NCBI RefSeq assembly: GCF_000091665.1
Contig: NC_000909.1
Coordinates: 1,339,460-1,371,459 of the forward strand
Direction of reading: 5' to 3'
Origin: Methanocaldococcus jannaschii DSM 2661
GTDB taxonomy: Archaea > AGJL01 > Methanococci > Methanococcales > Methanocaldococcaceae
DNA length: 32,000 nt
Shown here: positions 1-11,200 of the stretch, in pieces
How positions within the stretch are numbered: the first letter of the stretch is position 1
Layout of the letters: each line of letters starts with the position of its first letter
Translations under genes and position numbers: made by a program
The notes under the pieces: generated by a model
What the model was told of the DNA's origin: nothing
Databases searched by the model: none
Seen by the model: only the letters and a program-made list of their open reading frames with translations

Positions 1-317
1 ACTGGGTCTATATCCTTAACTCCATAAACCTTCTCCATGTATGGAGGAACGGCATCTTTTAACTCCTGTATTCCGTTATCCGCATATCCTCTGTTTTCCC
101 ATTTTTTAGCCTCCTCACACAAAACTCTTATAACCTCCGGGTCTGCCATCTCATCTGGTTCTCCAACACCCATATCAATTAATTCCATATCAGGGTGTCT
201 TTTCATTGCCTCTTGCTTAGCTCTCTTAATTTTCTCAAACTTGTAAATTACATCTTCTTTCCCAAACTTCTTTCCACCAATTCTCTCAGCAAATAAGTTT
301 TGTATGTAACTTTCCAT
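1..317 (-). CDS. dapL: LL-diaminopimelate aminotransferase, N-terminal part (gene runs off the left edge)
   Basis: Reverse complement of 317..1 reads MESYIQNLFAERIGGKKFGKEDVIYKFEKIKRAKQEAMKRHPDMELIDMGVGEPDEMADPEVIRVLCEEAKKWENRGYADNGIQELKDAVPPYMEKVYGVKDIDP, a fold-type I aminotransferase start (GVGEPD...YADNGIQELKDAV). Position next to cimA matches the known M. jannaschii order. Confidence 0.85.
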   Translation of the reverse strand, partial: MESYIQNLFAERIGGKKFGKEDVIYKFEKIKRAKQEAMKRHPDMELIDMGVGEPDEMADPEVIRVLCEEAKKWENRGYADNGIQELKDAVPPYMEKVYGVKDIDP

Positions 318-791
318 TTTATCACCAAATTGGCATTTTTAGTTTTTGCGGAGCATTTTAAAAGAATATATGGGTAGTAATGAATGCCTTCCTTTAGTAA
401 GGTATTTTTTAATTTTAATAACTTTTGCAAAAACTACTTGTTTTAATGTAAGTAAATTTTAACAAATATAAAAATTTCGCTATTGTTTTGTATTAAATCT
501 TTAATGCGAGTATTTTATGACTTTCGTATAGTATCTTTCAAAAATAATAAAAATTTTATAAAGATTATTAATAAAGTTAATGGGGCTTTCGCAGGAATAA
601 AATCTTTAAAAGAAATCTTAATTTATAAATTTAAATTTAAAGATGTATATTACCAACTTTTTAGTCCAGAACTATTTCCCACATAAATTTTAAATATACA
701 ATATCAAATATCTTTGAGATGATTCAATTTTATCATCAGATTCATTATGAGTATTTAAATTTCATTAAATTATTTTTTATGAGGGATTGTT

Positions 792-2267
792 ATGATGGTA
801 AGGATATTTGATACAACACTTAGAGATGGAGAGCAAACACCAGGAGTTTCTTTAACACCAAATGATAAGTTAGAGATAGCAAAAAAATTGGATGAGCTTG
901 GAGTTGATGTTATAGAGGCAGGTTCAGCTATAACTTCAAAAGGAGAGAGAGAAGGAATAAAATTAATAACAAAAGAAGGTTTAAATGCAGAAATCTGCTC
1001 ATTTGTTAGAGCTTTACCTGTAGATATTGATGCTGCCTTAGAATGTGATGTAGATAGTGTCCATTTAGTAGTGCCAACATCTCCAATACACATGAAATAT
1101 AAGCTTAGAAAAACAGAAGATGAGGTTTTAGAGACAGCTTTAAAGGCTGTAGAGTATGCTAAAGAACATGGATTGATTGTTGAGTTATCTGCAGAGGATG
1201 CAACAAGAAGTGATGTAAATTTCTTAATAAAACTATTTAATGAAGGGGAAAAGGTTGGAGCAGACAGAGTTTGTGTTTGTGACACAGTAGGAGTTTTAAC
1301 TCCACAAAAGAGTCAGGAATTATTTAAAAAAATAACTGAAAATGTTAATTTACCGGTCTCAGTTCATTGCCACAACGACTTTGGAATGGCTACTGCTAAT
1401 ACTTGCTCAGCAGTTTTAGGTGGAGCTGTTCAGTGCCACGTAACAGTTAATGGTATTGGAGAGAGAGCAGGAAATGCCTCATTGGAAGAGGTTGTTGCTG
1501 CTTTAAAAATACTCTATGGCTATGATACTAAGATAAAGATGGAAAAGTTATATGAGGTTTCAAGAATTGTCTCAAGATTGATGAAACTTCCTGTTCCACC
1601 AAATAAAGCAATTGTTGGGGACAATGCATTTGCTCATGAAGCAGGAATACATGTTGATGGATTAATAAAAAATACTGAAACCTATGAGCCAATAAAACCA
1701 GAAATGGTTGGGAATAGAAGAAGAATTATTTTGGGTAAGCATTCTGGTAGAAAAGCTTTAAAATACAAACTTGATTTGATGGGCATAAACGTTAGTGATG
1801 AGCAATTAAATAAAATATATGAAAGAGTTAAAGAATTTGGGGATTTGGGTAAATACATTTCAGACGCTGATTTGTTGGCTATAGTTAGAGAAGTTACTGG
1901 AAAATTGGTAGAAGAGAAAATCAAATTAGATGAATTAACTGTTGTATCTGGAAATAAAATAACACCAATTGCATCTGTTAAACTCCATTATAAAGGAGAA
2001 GATATAACTTTAATAGAAACTGCTTATGGTGTTGGACCGGTAGATGCAGCAATAAATGCTGTGAGAAAGGCAATAAGTGGAGTTGCAGATATTAAGTTGG
2101 TAGAGTATAGAGTTGAAGCAATTGGTGGAGGAACTGATGCGTTAATAGAGGTTGTTGTTAAATTAAGAAAAGGAACTGAAATTGTTGAAGTTAGAAAATC
2201 AGACGCTGATATAATAAGGGCTTCTGTAGATGCTGTAATGGAAGGAATCAATATGTTATTGAATTAA
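792..2267 (+). CDS. cimA: (R)-citramalate synthase (2-isopropylmalate synthase/homocitrate synthase family)
   Basis: 491 aa; FDTTLRDGEQTPGVS, HCHNDFGMA, NGIGERAGN, HEAGIHVDG and GKHSGRKA signature motifs; C-terminal LeuA-type regulatory domain; near-identical to my recollection of M. jannaschii CimA. Confidence 0.95.
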   Translation: MMVRIFDTTLRDGEQTPGVSLTPNDKLEIAKKLDELGVDVIEAGSAITSKGEREGIKLITKEGLNAEICSFVRALPVDIDAALECDVDSVHLVVPTSPIHMKYKLRKTEDEVLETALKAVEYAKEHGLIVELSAEDATRSDVNFLIKLFNEGEKVGADRVCVCDTVGVLTPQKSQELFKKITENVNLPVSVHCHNDFGMATANTCSAVLGGAVQCHVTVNGIGERAGNASLEEVVAALKILYGYDTKIKMEKLYEVSRIVSRLMKLPVPPNKAIVGDNAFAHEAGIHVDGLIKNTETYEPIKPEMVGNRRRIILGKHSGRKALKYKLDLMGINVSDEQLNKIYERVKEFGDLGKYISDADLLAIVREVTGKLVEEKIKLDELTVVSGNKITPIASVKLHYKGEDITLIETAYGVGPVDAAINAVRKAISGVADIKLVEYRVEAIGGGTDALIEVVVKLRKGTEIVEVRKSDADIIRASVDAVMEGINMLLN

Positions 2268-2418
2268 TATTTTTGCTTATTTTAAAATGTTTTATTAGGT
2301 ATTGATAATTTTAATATCAAAAGGTTTATATATCGGCTGTTATTATTTTCAAATTGAAAACCTTGGACTTTTTGGGTTCTTTTTCTAAATTTTTGAAAAA
2401 TCAAAAATGTCTAAAAAA

Positions 2419-2439
2419 TGTTCCATAAATTATTTATAC
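2419..2439 (+). promoter_or_regulatory. Candidate promoter motif TGTTCCATAAATTATTTATAC upstream of the first surface-protein gene
   Basis: TATA-like sequence 76-96 nt before the start at 2515; resembles the sequences at 8169 and 16941. Confidence 0.45.
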
Positions 2440-2514
2440 AAACGGAAGACATTACATTATTACTACCTACTTAAGAATGTTCCCCTATTTCACACAAATG
2501 CATGAGGTGAAGTT

Positions 2515-4341
2515 ATGAGAAAGTTAATATTTATGGCCTTGTTAATGTCATTGCTGTTTATTGGGACTGTATTTGGATATGGAGATAATGGACCACTATA
2601 TGTGGCATATTACGAAAAATATAACATAACAGGTAACACTACAGGTGATGGCTTAGTATCTTCAACAATAGAAAGTATAACTGGATATATTGTAATTAAC
2701 AACACTGGGACTACAATAAATGATACTTTATACGATGTTTGGGTGGCAGTTAATATATCCAACAACATAACTGGACCAGAAGTTTATGTAAATGGAACTC
2801 CAAAAGGGGTTTTTATTGAGAGTTCAGCTCCTGCATATACAAACTTACCAAATGCAAACACATACATACACATCCCAATACTACCAAATAACAGCTATGT
2901 TATAATTAAATTTGCTATAGATAAATCAATAACTGGAGTTCCATTGATAATCAACGAAACATATAGTGATACTAAAATTCCATCAGAAAGATTATCAAAT
3001 TGGAGTGTCTATTTAAACATAAGCAGAAATGTTTCAGCACTACCGGCAACAGATACACCAGTTTCTGTTATTATGACAAAATATCTAAGTAACGACCCAA
3101 ATAATTATGGAAGTGACACTTGGAATTTCTTAAATATAACAGGTGCTATAGCCAACGAAGGTTCAATAACACTCTGGGATGGTCCTTACTTCTTACCAGG
3201 ATACAACGATTCATTAACCTGGACAGGAGTCGTAATAAATACTACTAAAAATGCAACCATTACAATCAACATAACAGGAAACAACACTTACACAAATAGA
3301 ACAGGAACCTTAATGAAATATGGTTTTGCTGTTATCTTCTTTGAATTCAATGGAACTAAATCAGGAACAAAAATTGAAGGGATTTATGCAACAGGATATG
3401 GTGGAGTAAGTGCAACCAAGGAAGGACCATTCTTAAATGCATCAAGCGGTAAGTATGAAATATGGTACGAAAGTGCTAATGTATCAAACAAGGCATCAAG
3501 TTACTACTTTAACTTAACTCATGTGACAATATGGGCTGTAAATGGTAGTAATCCAGTAATATTAGACCCATTTAATATAACATTATTAATCCCTAATTCA
3601 AAACAGACGTCCTCACCTAATGAAATATTATCTCCAGGAAGCGTTTGGAGTTCAACTAAATATGCCTTCACATTTGATGGAATTCCAGTTGTCTGGGCAA
3701 ACTGTACATTTAAGGTAGCAGACGAGAACATAACATTAATAAATAGAAGTATTAATGAATACTCAACAAAGTACGGAAGTTCCTATGTTGTTGTTGAGGA
3801 GATTTATGTTGTGGGTAGTTATTTGATTAAGGTGACTAAGCATATTGTTCCGGATGCGGATGGGACTTATGATATTTATATAGTTGTGGAGAATATTGGT
3901 AGTGTGAAGACTCCTGAGTATGTGTATGTTTATGATTTGATTCCTAAGAACTTCACCGTCTCAGATGAGTGGGTTAATCAATCAAGTATGTTGATTGCTG
4001 AAGGAAATCACACCATTACAACAAATCCAAGGTATAATTTAAGCATGTGGTGGGCGTTACATGCAATATATCCAGGAGCAGATGGGGACGGTAACTGGAA
4101 CGACACTGCTGAAATACTTGCAAATAAAACAGTAGTCATACACTACAAACTAAACGGAACTGGCGAATTCTACCCAAGCGACGCATTTATCGTTGGTATC
4201 GACCCTACAAACTCACTACTACCAACAACCTCACCAAAAATAACAACAGTAGCCGGAACAGTAGAAAACAACTCAGAACCATTCCTTGCATTATTGACCC
4301 TACTTGTAGGGTTGGGAATCATAATAAGAAGGGTAATGTAA
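2515..4341 (+). CDS. Secreted/membrane-anchored surface protein (signal peptide, C-terminal TM anchor)
   Basis: 608 aa; N-terminal MRKLIFMALLMSLLFIGTVFG signal peptide, many N-x-S/T sequons, C-terminal FLALLTLLVGLGIIIRRVM; RBS gaggtga before ATG. Confidence 0.85.
   Translation: MRKLIFMALLMSLLFIGTVFGYGDNGPLYVAYYEKYNITGNTTGDGLVSSTIESITGYIVINNTGTTINDTLYDVWVAVNISNNITGPEVYVNGTPKGVFIESSAPAYTNLPNANTYIHIPILPNNSYVIIKFAIDKSITGVPLIINETYSDTKIPSERLSNWSVYLNISRNVSALPATDTPVSVIMTKYLSNDPNNYGSDTWNFLNITGAIANEGSITLWDGPYFLPGYNDSLTWTGVVINTTKNATITINITGNNTYTNRTGTLMKYGFAVIFFEFNGTKSGTKIEGIYATGYGGVSATKEGPFLNASSGKYEIWYESANVSNKASSYYFNLTHVTIWAVNGSNPVILDPFNITLLIPNSKQTSSPNEILSPGSVWSSTKYAFTFDGIPVVWANCTFKVADENITLINRSINEYSTKYGSSYVVVEEIYVVGSYLIKVTKHIVPDADGTYDIYIVVENIGSVKTPEYVYVYDLIPKNFTVSDEWVNQSSMLIAEGNHTITTNPRYNLSMWWALHAIYPGADGDGNWNDTAEILANKTVVIHYKLNGTGEFYPSDAFIVGIDPTNSLLPTTSPKITTVAGTVENNSEPFLALLTLLVGLGIIIRRVM
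3775..4273 (+). repeat. 499-bp direct repeat, copy 1 (identical to 6813-7311 by visual alignment)
   Basis: Line-by-line comparison shows no mismatch from ggaagttcctatg... to ...gtagaaaacaact; offset 3038. Confidence 0.9.
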
Positions 4342-4439
4342 AACTAATTTTCTTTATTTTTTATAATTCTTTTTCTAAATTCAAATATGATTTTTGACAT
4401 TAAGTTAATTTTATCGATATTATATGGGTGATGTGGGGC

Positions 4440-7391
4440 ATGCCAAATATAAAATTAAAATTCATATATTTATGTATTTTACTGTTCGTATTTATGGCAT
4501 CAATGTTAAACAGTGTTTCTGGATTAAAAACAATATTCTACGATGATTTTGAAAATTGGAGTGGGTGGTATAACTACAGTAGTGGGGCTGTAGAGCAATC
4601 TTCTAATTATGCACATTCAGGAATATATTCCCTTAGAAAGTTTCTAAATGATGACCCAAATGGTGGATACAAACTAATTGGGAAGGAAATTGGAAGGGAT
4701 ATTGTAATGGAAGGTTGGATTTATAGACCTTTGCCATATGTTAGCGGAAGATGGGATAGAATAGGTATTGAGGACGAGAATTTCAACGGATACTCTATAA
4801 GAATAGAGCACGACTATAACAAAATTGCAATAGAAACTCGAGAAAATGGTATTGCTGTAAATACTTTAGTAATAACTAACTGGAATCCTCCAGAAAATCA
4901 GTGGTATTATTTTAAGTTTTATATCTACTCAAATGGAACTTTAAGATTAGAAGTTTATTATGAGAATGGTTCATTAGGAGCTACTGTCTCAGCAATAGAT
5001 AACATCTATACTAAGTTCGATAGAGTTGTTGTGCATGGAGGACAAGATTACTATGTTGATGATTTGAGGATTTCAGATTTATATCCTCCACTAAGGGTAA
5101 GATATATTGAAGAGTACAACGCAACTGCTACTGTGGATGGAACAGGAAAAACAAACTATTCCTATGGTTTAACGGGACATATCATTATTGAAAATACTGC
5201 CCCTTATAAAGAAGATACTTTAAACGATGTGTGGGTAGCAGTGGATATAAAAAATAATGCAAGTGGTTTGAGATTAGTTTATAATGGAACTCCAAAAGGG
5301 GTTTTTATTGAGAGTTCTGCTCCTGCTTATACAAACTTACCAAATGCAAACACATACATACACATCCCAATACTACCAAATAACAGCTATGTGGAATATG
5401 AGTTTGATATCGATGCATCTCAAACCCTACCAATATTAGTAAATGAAACTTACGATGTTACAAAAATACCAGCAAATAAAATGTCAGAATGGACTGTAAA
5501 TTTAATTGTATATTTAAACAAAAATCTCGTTCCTAATGGAGAAAATGTCAATGTTAATGTTATAAAATATCTAAGTAATGGGCAGTTTTATGATAACTTT
5601 GAAAATTGGACTGGTTGGAATCAGTATAAGAACGGGATAGTTCAATGGTCATCTATTCAATCTCATTCTGGAAATTACTCTTTAGAAAAATATGGGATTT
5701 CAACAAGTTTAAACAACGATCCAAATGGAGGGTACAAATTACTTCCAAAAGAAATTGGAAGGGATGTAGTTATAAGTGGATGGGTATATAGACCGAGCAA
5801 CTGGGGAGGAGGCCCTATAGACAGGATTGGTTTGGAGGATGAGAATTTTGATGGATATTCATTTGAGGTAAATCACTACAGTAATTACATATCAATTGAT
5901 AGAAGAACTAATGGAAATCCTACAGAAATTAGTCCTGAAGTTTATTGGAATCCTCCAGAGGATGAATGGTATTACTTCGAACTAAAAATTTATTCAAATG
6001 GAACAATAACATTCTCAACTTATTATCAAAATGGTTCCTTAGCCGCAACTGTCTCAACAATAGACAATACCTATACAAAGTTTGATAGGGTTGTTATTCA
6101 TGGAGGTTATGTTTATTATGTTGATGATTTGGAAGTGAATTCAAAAAACTTCGACTTTTATGGAGATAAAAACTGGAAGTATCTTGAAATAACATCTGCA
6201 AATTCAAGTGAAGGAACAGCAGTTTTATTTGATGGGGACTATTTCAAAAAAGATTACAATACCTCAAATCTAAATGCAATAAATTGGACAAATATTACCT
6301 TAAATTGGAGTAATGATAGTGCAACTTTGGTATTTAATGTATTGGGAAATTATTCATATAGTGAAAGGGATAATATTTTAGCAAAGTATGGATTTGCTAA
6401 AATACTATTTAATTACAATGGGACCAATACAAACACATCTATAAAAGGTGTTTATGCATCTGGAAGTTATAGTATTTCAACAGATCATGGAACTACGGGA
6501 GAAATAAACATTTGGATAGAAAATGTAACATTTAAAAATGATGCAAAATCATATTCCTTTAATTTAACGAATCTTAATATATGGGCAGTAAATAAATCTG
6601 CTTATGAGTTGTATTGGAATCCATTTAACAAATCTATCTGGATAGATGGGAGTAATTACACTATAACTCCAAATATTGACATACCTCCAGGAGAAGTATG
6701 GAACTCTAAAACCTACAACTTCACATTTAGTGGAGTTCCAATCGTTTGGGCAAACTGCTCATTTACACTGTCAAAAAAAGATTATATCCTTTTAAATGAA
6801 GTAAGTCAAATAGGAAGTTCCTATGTTGTTGTTGAGGAGATTTATGTTGTGGGTAGTTATTTGATTAAGGTGACTAAGCATATTGTTCCGGATGCGGATG
6901 GGACTTATGATATTTATATAGTTGTGGAGAATATTGGTAGTGTGAAGACTCCTGAGTATGTGTATGTTTATGATTTGATTCCTAAGAACTTCACCGTCTC
7001 AGATGAGTGGGTTAATCAATCAAGTATGTTGATTGCTGAAGGAAATCACACCATTACAACAAATCCAAGGTATAATTTAAGCATGTGGTGGGCGTTACAT
7101 GCAATATATCCAGGAGCAGATGGGGACGGTAACTGGAACGACACTGCTGAAATACTTGCAAATAAAACAGTAGTCATACACTACAAACTAAACGGAACTG
7201 GCGAATTCTACCCAAGCGACGCATTTATCGTTGGTATCGACCCTACAAACTCACTACTACCAACAACCTCACCAAAAATAACAACAGTAGCCGGAACAGT
7301 AGAAAACAACTTTGAGATATTTTTAATACTGATAAACGTTATCTTTGGATTAGGTATATTAACAAAGAGGAATATAAGGAATAATAAATAA
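4440..7391 (+). CDS. Secreted/membrane-anchored surface protein with two internal LamG/concanavalin-like repeats
   Basis: ORF 4428..7391; ATG at 4440 is preceded by gggtgat (RBS). Signal peptide-like KFIYLCILLFVFMASMLNSVSG. Repeats 'YDDFENWSGWYNYSSG..' and 'YDNFENWTGWNQYKNG..'. C-terminal region shared with the 2515 gene. Confidence 0.85.
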   Translation: MPNIKLKFIYLCILLFVFMASMLNSVSGLKTIFYDDFENWSGWYNYSSGAVEQSSNYAHSGIYSLRKFLNDDPNGGYKLIGKEIGRDIVMEGWIYRPLPYVSGRWDRIGIEDENFNGYSIRIEHDYNKIAIETRENGIAVNTLVITNWNPPENQWYYFKFYIYSNGTLRLEVYYENGSLGATVSAIDNIYTKFDRVVVHGGQDYYVDDLRISDLYPPLRVRYIEEYNATATVDGTGKTNYSYGLTGHIIIENTAPYKEDTLNDVWVAVDIKNNASGLRLVYNGTPKGVFIESSAPAYTNLPNANTYIHIPILPNNSYVEYEFDIDASQTLPILVNETYDVTKIPANKMSEWTVNLIVYLNKNLVPNGENVNVNVIKYLSNGQFYDNFENWTGWNQYKNGIVQWSSIQSHSGNYSLEKYGISTSLNNDPNGGYKLLPKEIGRDVVISGWVYRPSNWGGGPIDRIGLEDENFDGYSFEVNHYSNYISIDRRTNGNPTEISPEVYWNPPEDEWYYFELKIYSNGTITFSTYYQNGSLAATVSTIDNTYTKFDRVVIHGGYVYYVDDLEVNSKNFDFYGDKNWKYLEITSANSSEGTAVLFDGDYFKKDYNTSNLNAINWTNITLNWSNDSATLVFNVLGNYSYSERDNILAKYGFAKILFNYNGTNTNTSIKGVYASGSYSISTDHGTTGEINIWIENVTFKNDAKSYSFNLTNLNIWAVNKSAYELYWNPFNKSIWIDGSNYTITPNIDIPPGEVWNSKTYNFTFSGVPIVWANCSFTLSKKDYILLNEVSQIGSSYVVVEEIYVVGSYLIKVTKHIVPDADGTYDIYIVVENIGSVKTPEYVYVYDLIPKNFTVSDEWVNQSSMLIAEGNHTITTNPRYNLSMWWALHAIYPGADGDGNWNDTAEILANKTVVIHYKLNGTGEFYPSDAFIVGIDPTNSLLPTTSPKITTVAGTVENNFEIFLILINVIFGLGILTKRNIRNNK
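6813..7311 (+). repeat. 499-bp direct repeat, copy 2 (identical to 3775-4273 by visual alignment)
   Basis: See copy 1. Confidence 0.9.
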
Positions 7392-7400
7392 AGTTGGGGG

Positions 7401-8110
7401 ATGATGATGAAGAGATTTGCATTACTCTTTATTTTCCTTGCATTTATAACACCAACTTTTGCAGATGTTGAGGAAATAACAAACTATAATATGACCGTTG
7501 ATTTAACAAAAAATCCTGCACATATAACAAATGTTATAACTATTCAAAATCTTGTTAAGTATCCTCTTGTTCCAGGAATTGGGGAGTTAAGATTACAAAA
7601 AGAAGAGTCAAAGAAAATACTGATTATTCCAATACCATTTACAAAAGAAAAAAACCTGTAAAGATTGAGAATTTAAGGGGTTATTATATAATTGGGGATA
7701 AAAAATATCCAATGGATGTAAATGTCTCTTATAAAGATACCTATTCAGTTATAACATATCAAGTATGGGAGCCAATAGATGGTGGAAAAAATATAACTCT
7801 AATAATTGAATATGATGCTGATATTGTTGATAATGGAATATTGTTTAAAACTGTCTCAATTCCTATTGGAGGGGATTTGAATATAAAAAACTTCCATATA
7901 AACTTTGTCTCTCCTTATTATCTAACCTACCAAGAACCAGATGGAAATAATTTCCAAATCCCTAAAAAAACTTTGCTTATTATAAATGCTGAGTTTTCAA
8001 TATTGCCATTACCGAAACTTCCAGTTCATGGATATGTGGTGTTTTGGTTAAGCATATTGTGTATATTAATAATAATATTTGTCTATACTGAGTTGAGAAG
8101 AAAAAAATAA
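7401..8110 (+). pseudogene. Small secreted membrane-anchored protein interrupted by a frameshift in an A7 tract
   Basis: ORF 7401..7661 (signal peptide MMMKRFALLFIFLAFITPTFA...) ends ...FTKEKNL*. One extra A in gaaaaaaacc gives ...FTKEKKPVKIENLRGYYIIGDKKYPMDVNVSY..., which joins ORF 7712..8110 with its C-terminal TM segment. Confidence 0.75.
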
Positions 8111-8168
8111 AGAAAATAAGGAAGATAAGAAGAATAAAAACTAATAATCTCAATAATTGTCTAATATT

Positions 8169-8190
8169 TGTTCTATAAATTTTATATACT
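8169..8190 (+). promoter_or_regulatory. Candidate promoter motif TGTTCTATAAATTTTATATACT
   Basis: Upstream of the 2894-aa ORF; resembles 2419-2439 and 16941-16962. Confidence 0.45.
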
Positions 8191-8242
8191 ACCTATACAT
8201 TACTTTACTTTTGAACAGTGTTAAAAATTTCAATGGGATAAT

Positions 8243-11200
8243 ATGAAATCCTATTTAAAGAATATTTCAATATTTGTATTCACTATTTTATTGCTTTCAA
8301 ACGTGAGTTTAGGTTTAAATGTATCAACAACAAACAACAACAGTAATTTTGAATTAAATAATTCATTGATATATAAGTTAAACAATTCCTTAACAAACAC
8401 CACTAATAATAGTGGTAGCATAATAATCAATAATACAACAGATACAAACAAAGAAAAAAATGAGTGTTATTTAAACATTACTATTAATGGTTATAGAGTT
8501 ATAGTAAAAACTAATGGAGAAGTTTTTGGATTTGCAAATAAAACGCCCTTAAAGTTTATCAAAATAGGTGATAACGAATATATAATCTCTCCAATAGTTT
8601 TAAATGTTCCAATAGAAATTTACTCAAAATTCAATGATAAAATATTACATAGAACAGTTATTTTAAATTACACAAAACCAGAAAAAGAAAAAAAAGAAAC
8701 AAACATAAAAAAAGAAGAATTACATTATCTAAATGTCTCATTCAACAATTTTAAGTTGATTGTTAAAACAAATGGGAAACCCTATGCTAAATATTTAGAC
8801 CTCAATATAAAAGTTAAGACTAAAAAAATAAAAAAACATGAATACTTGGTATATCCTCTAATTCTAAATAAAACAATCATTATTTATGCAAAATTCAAAA
8901 ATGAGACATTGAATAGAACAATATTTTTAAATTACTCTATCGAGGAAAATACGACAACGAATAAAACCGTTATATTGAAAAACGTTTATTTCCCATCAGA
9001 AAAAATAGTTATAAAAACAAATTTTAAGCCACATACTGCATATATTGTAACCCCTAACAATAAAATAATACATCTAAAAGTTCATAAAAAAGGGAAGTTT
9101 TATATCTTATCCACAAAACTAAAAAAGAATGTTATATTAGGAAATTACTCAGTAGTTGTTGATGGGATTAAAAAAACCTTTGCTGTAGATTATTACAAAA
9201 TTAATGCAAAATTGATAGATAATAGATTTATCGTTGGAAACGTATCCTACTATGTTAAAGAACCGAAGTTTATAACTTGCATTGTAGATAAAAAAGAAAT
9301 TAATATTTCACTAATAAATGGGGCCTTTGAAATTCCTTTAGATTATTTAATACCCAAGTTAAATATCTCAAAACCAGAAAAAATTAAAAAAATAATTTTA
9401 ATTTGTGGAAATGCAAAAGAAAAGATAAAAGTTAAATTCAAAAATAAAGAAGAAATTAAAAAGCTAATTTCCTATGACCCAGTCAATAAGGAGATAATTA
9501 TTAAACTTGAAGGTAGTGAAAAAGAGATTAAGAAGTTATTGAAAAGATACGAAAAAAGAAAAAAATACAAGATTTCAAAAATAGTAAAGATTTACAATTA
9601 TAGTATTGTAGAAATCAAACTTAAAGCAGATAAAGAAATTCTAAAAGATTACAACTTACCTGAAAATATTCTAAATACAACTGAGATAGTGAAAAAAATA
9701 AGCAGTAATAAAATTAGAGTTGAAGTTAATAATAAAGTAGATGGGGTTTGGTATAGATTCAGCTGTAAGATTCCAAAAGGTTATAGGGTTAAAGAAATTG
9801 TTGGAGATGATGGAAGAGTAATAAGAAATAACATTTCAATAAATAGATTAACAGGAGAGGTTATTGGAGAAGTAAGATGGTATATTGAAAATAACACACT
9901 ATACTTCTACGACGATCCTATTTATGGATATGATATATCTTTAATTCCTCCAGCTCCAAATCATTCAATAGCTGTTGAATTATCTTATAATGGGCAAGAT
10001 TATGGTGGTTGTGGGCAGATTTCAGCAATTGTCTTTCCATATAATAAGGAGGATGATGAAACTACCGTGGCTACTTATGACCATGCAGGGAGGACTGGAG
10101 ATTACAATTATGCAAATAATATTGATGCTTACGCTGGTTCAAAAATAGCGATAAAATATACAAGTGGAGCATTAACAAGACAGTATGGGGTTTTAGGAAC
10201 TGCAGGTAGTTTGGGATGGTGGACATATTATTACCTATCTGAAATAAATAGGACAGATATTCCTTTAAATACCGTTCCAAATGGGATTTTAGAGAGTGTA
10301 ATTATAACAGATATGTATGCTCCTTGGAATAATAATGAGCTAAATATTACTCAAAAGGTTATTATTAGAGGAAATAATAAATGGTTTGCTACCATATACT
10401 ACATAAAAAATCCAACCACAAAAACATATACAAATTTAAAGTTTTTCCAAGGGATGGATTGGAATTTTAGAGGAAGCTGGTGGGGAGATGATGCATACTA
10501 TAATAGTATTGATGATGTTGTGTATGGCTACGATTCTAACGCACCTGTTGGGGATATACAATACGGAGGTTTTAAATCAAATATCCCAAGTTACGAACAT
10601 GATGTTAATTTGTACTGGAGTACGTGGTCTGATATTAGATATGATAATTTAAATAATGATTCATCATATGAGGGTGATGCAGGGACAGCATTAGCATGGA
10701 CTAAAGATTCATTAAAACCTGGCGAAATTTGGGTAGTGCCAATAATTTGGGGGTTAGGTTATAACTATACAGACATGATGAACGAAATAAATATGGGTTT
10801 AAGCCAGTTATATGATACTGGAGTTAAAAGTATAGATTACCCAAACAATGGAGACAGCTTTAACCCAAATATTGGCCCAATAATATACATAAATTCAACA
10901 ATTGCCTTATATGGATTGGTAGATGCATACAACTTGAATGTGTCAATTAATATAACACAGATAAATGGAACTTATATTTATACAAACTCAACTTTAATAA
11001 ACCTCTCAGTTCCTTATGAAGAAGAAAAACTCGTGAGCTTTCCAGTAAACATCTCAAATATGCCTTATGGAGCCTACAATATAACAATAAAGACAAATCT
11101 TCCAAATGACCAGAATACATCAAACGATGAAAAAAGCATTATAATCTATATAACATCATTTTCAGTCCAACCAAATTATCAGGAAAAGACTGGAAATGTT

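Noticed and set aside
37-246. Plus-strand 69-aa ORF
   Set aside because: Antisense to the aminotransferase coding sequence; no support.
483-686. 67-aa ORF upstream of cimA
   Set aside because: Lysine/isoleucine/phenylalanine-rich translation of AT-rich intergenic DNA, no clear RBS and no recognised family.
770-1285. 171-aa minus-strand ORF (also 1682..1924 and 2024..2251) inside cimA
   Set aside because: Antisense to a well-conserved gene; these are shadow ORFs from codon bias.
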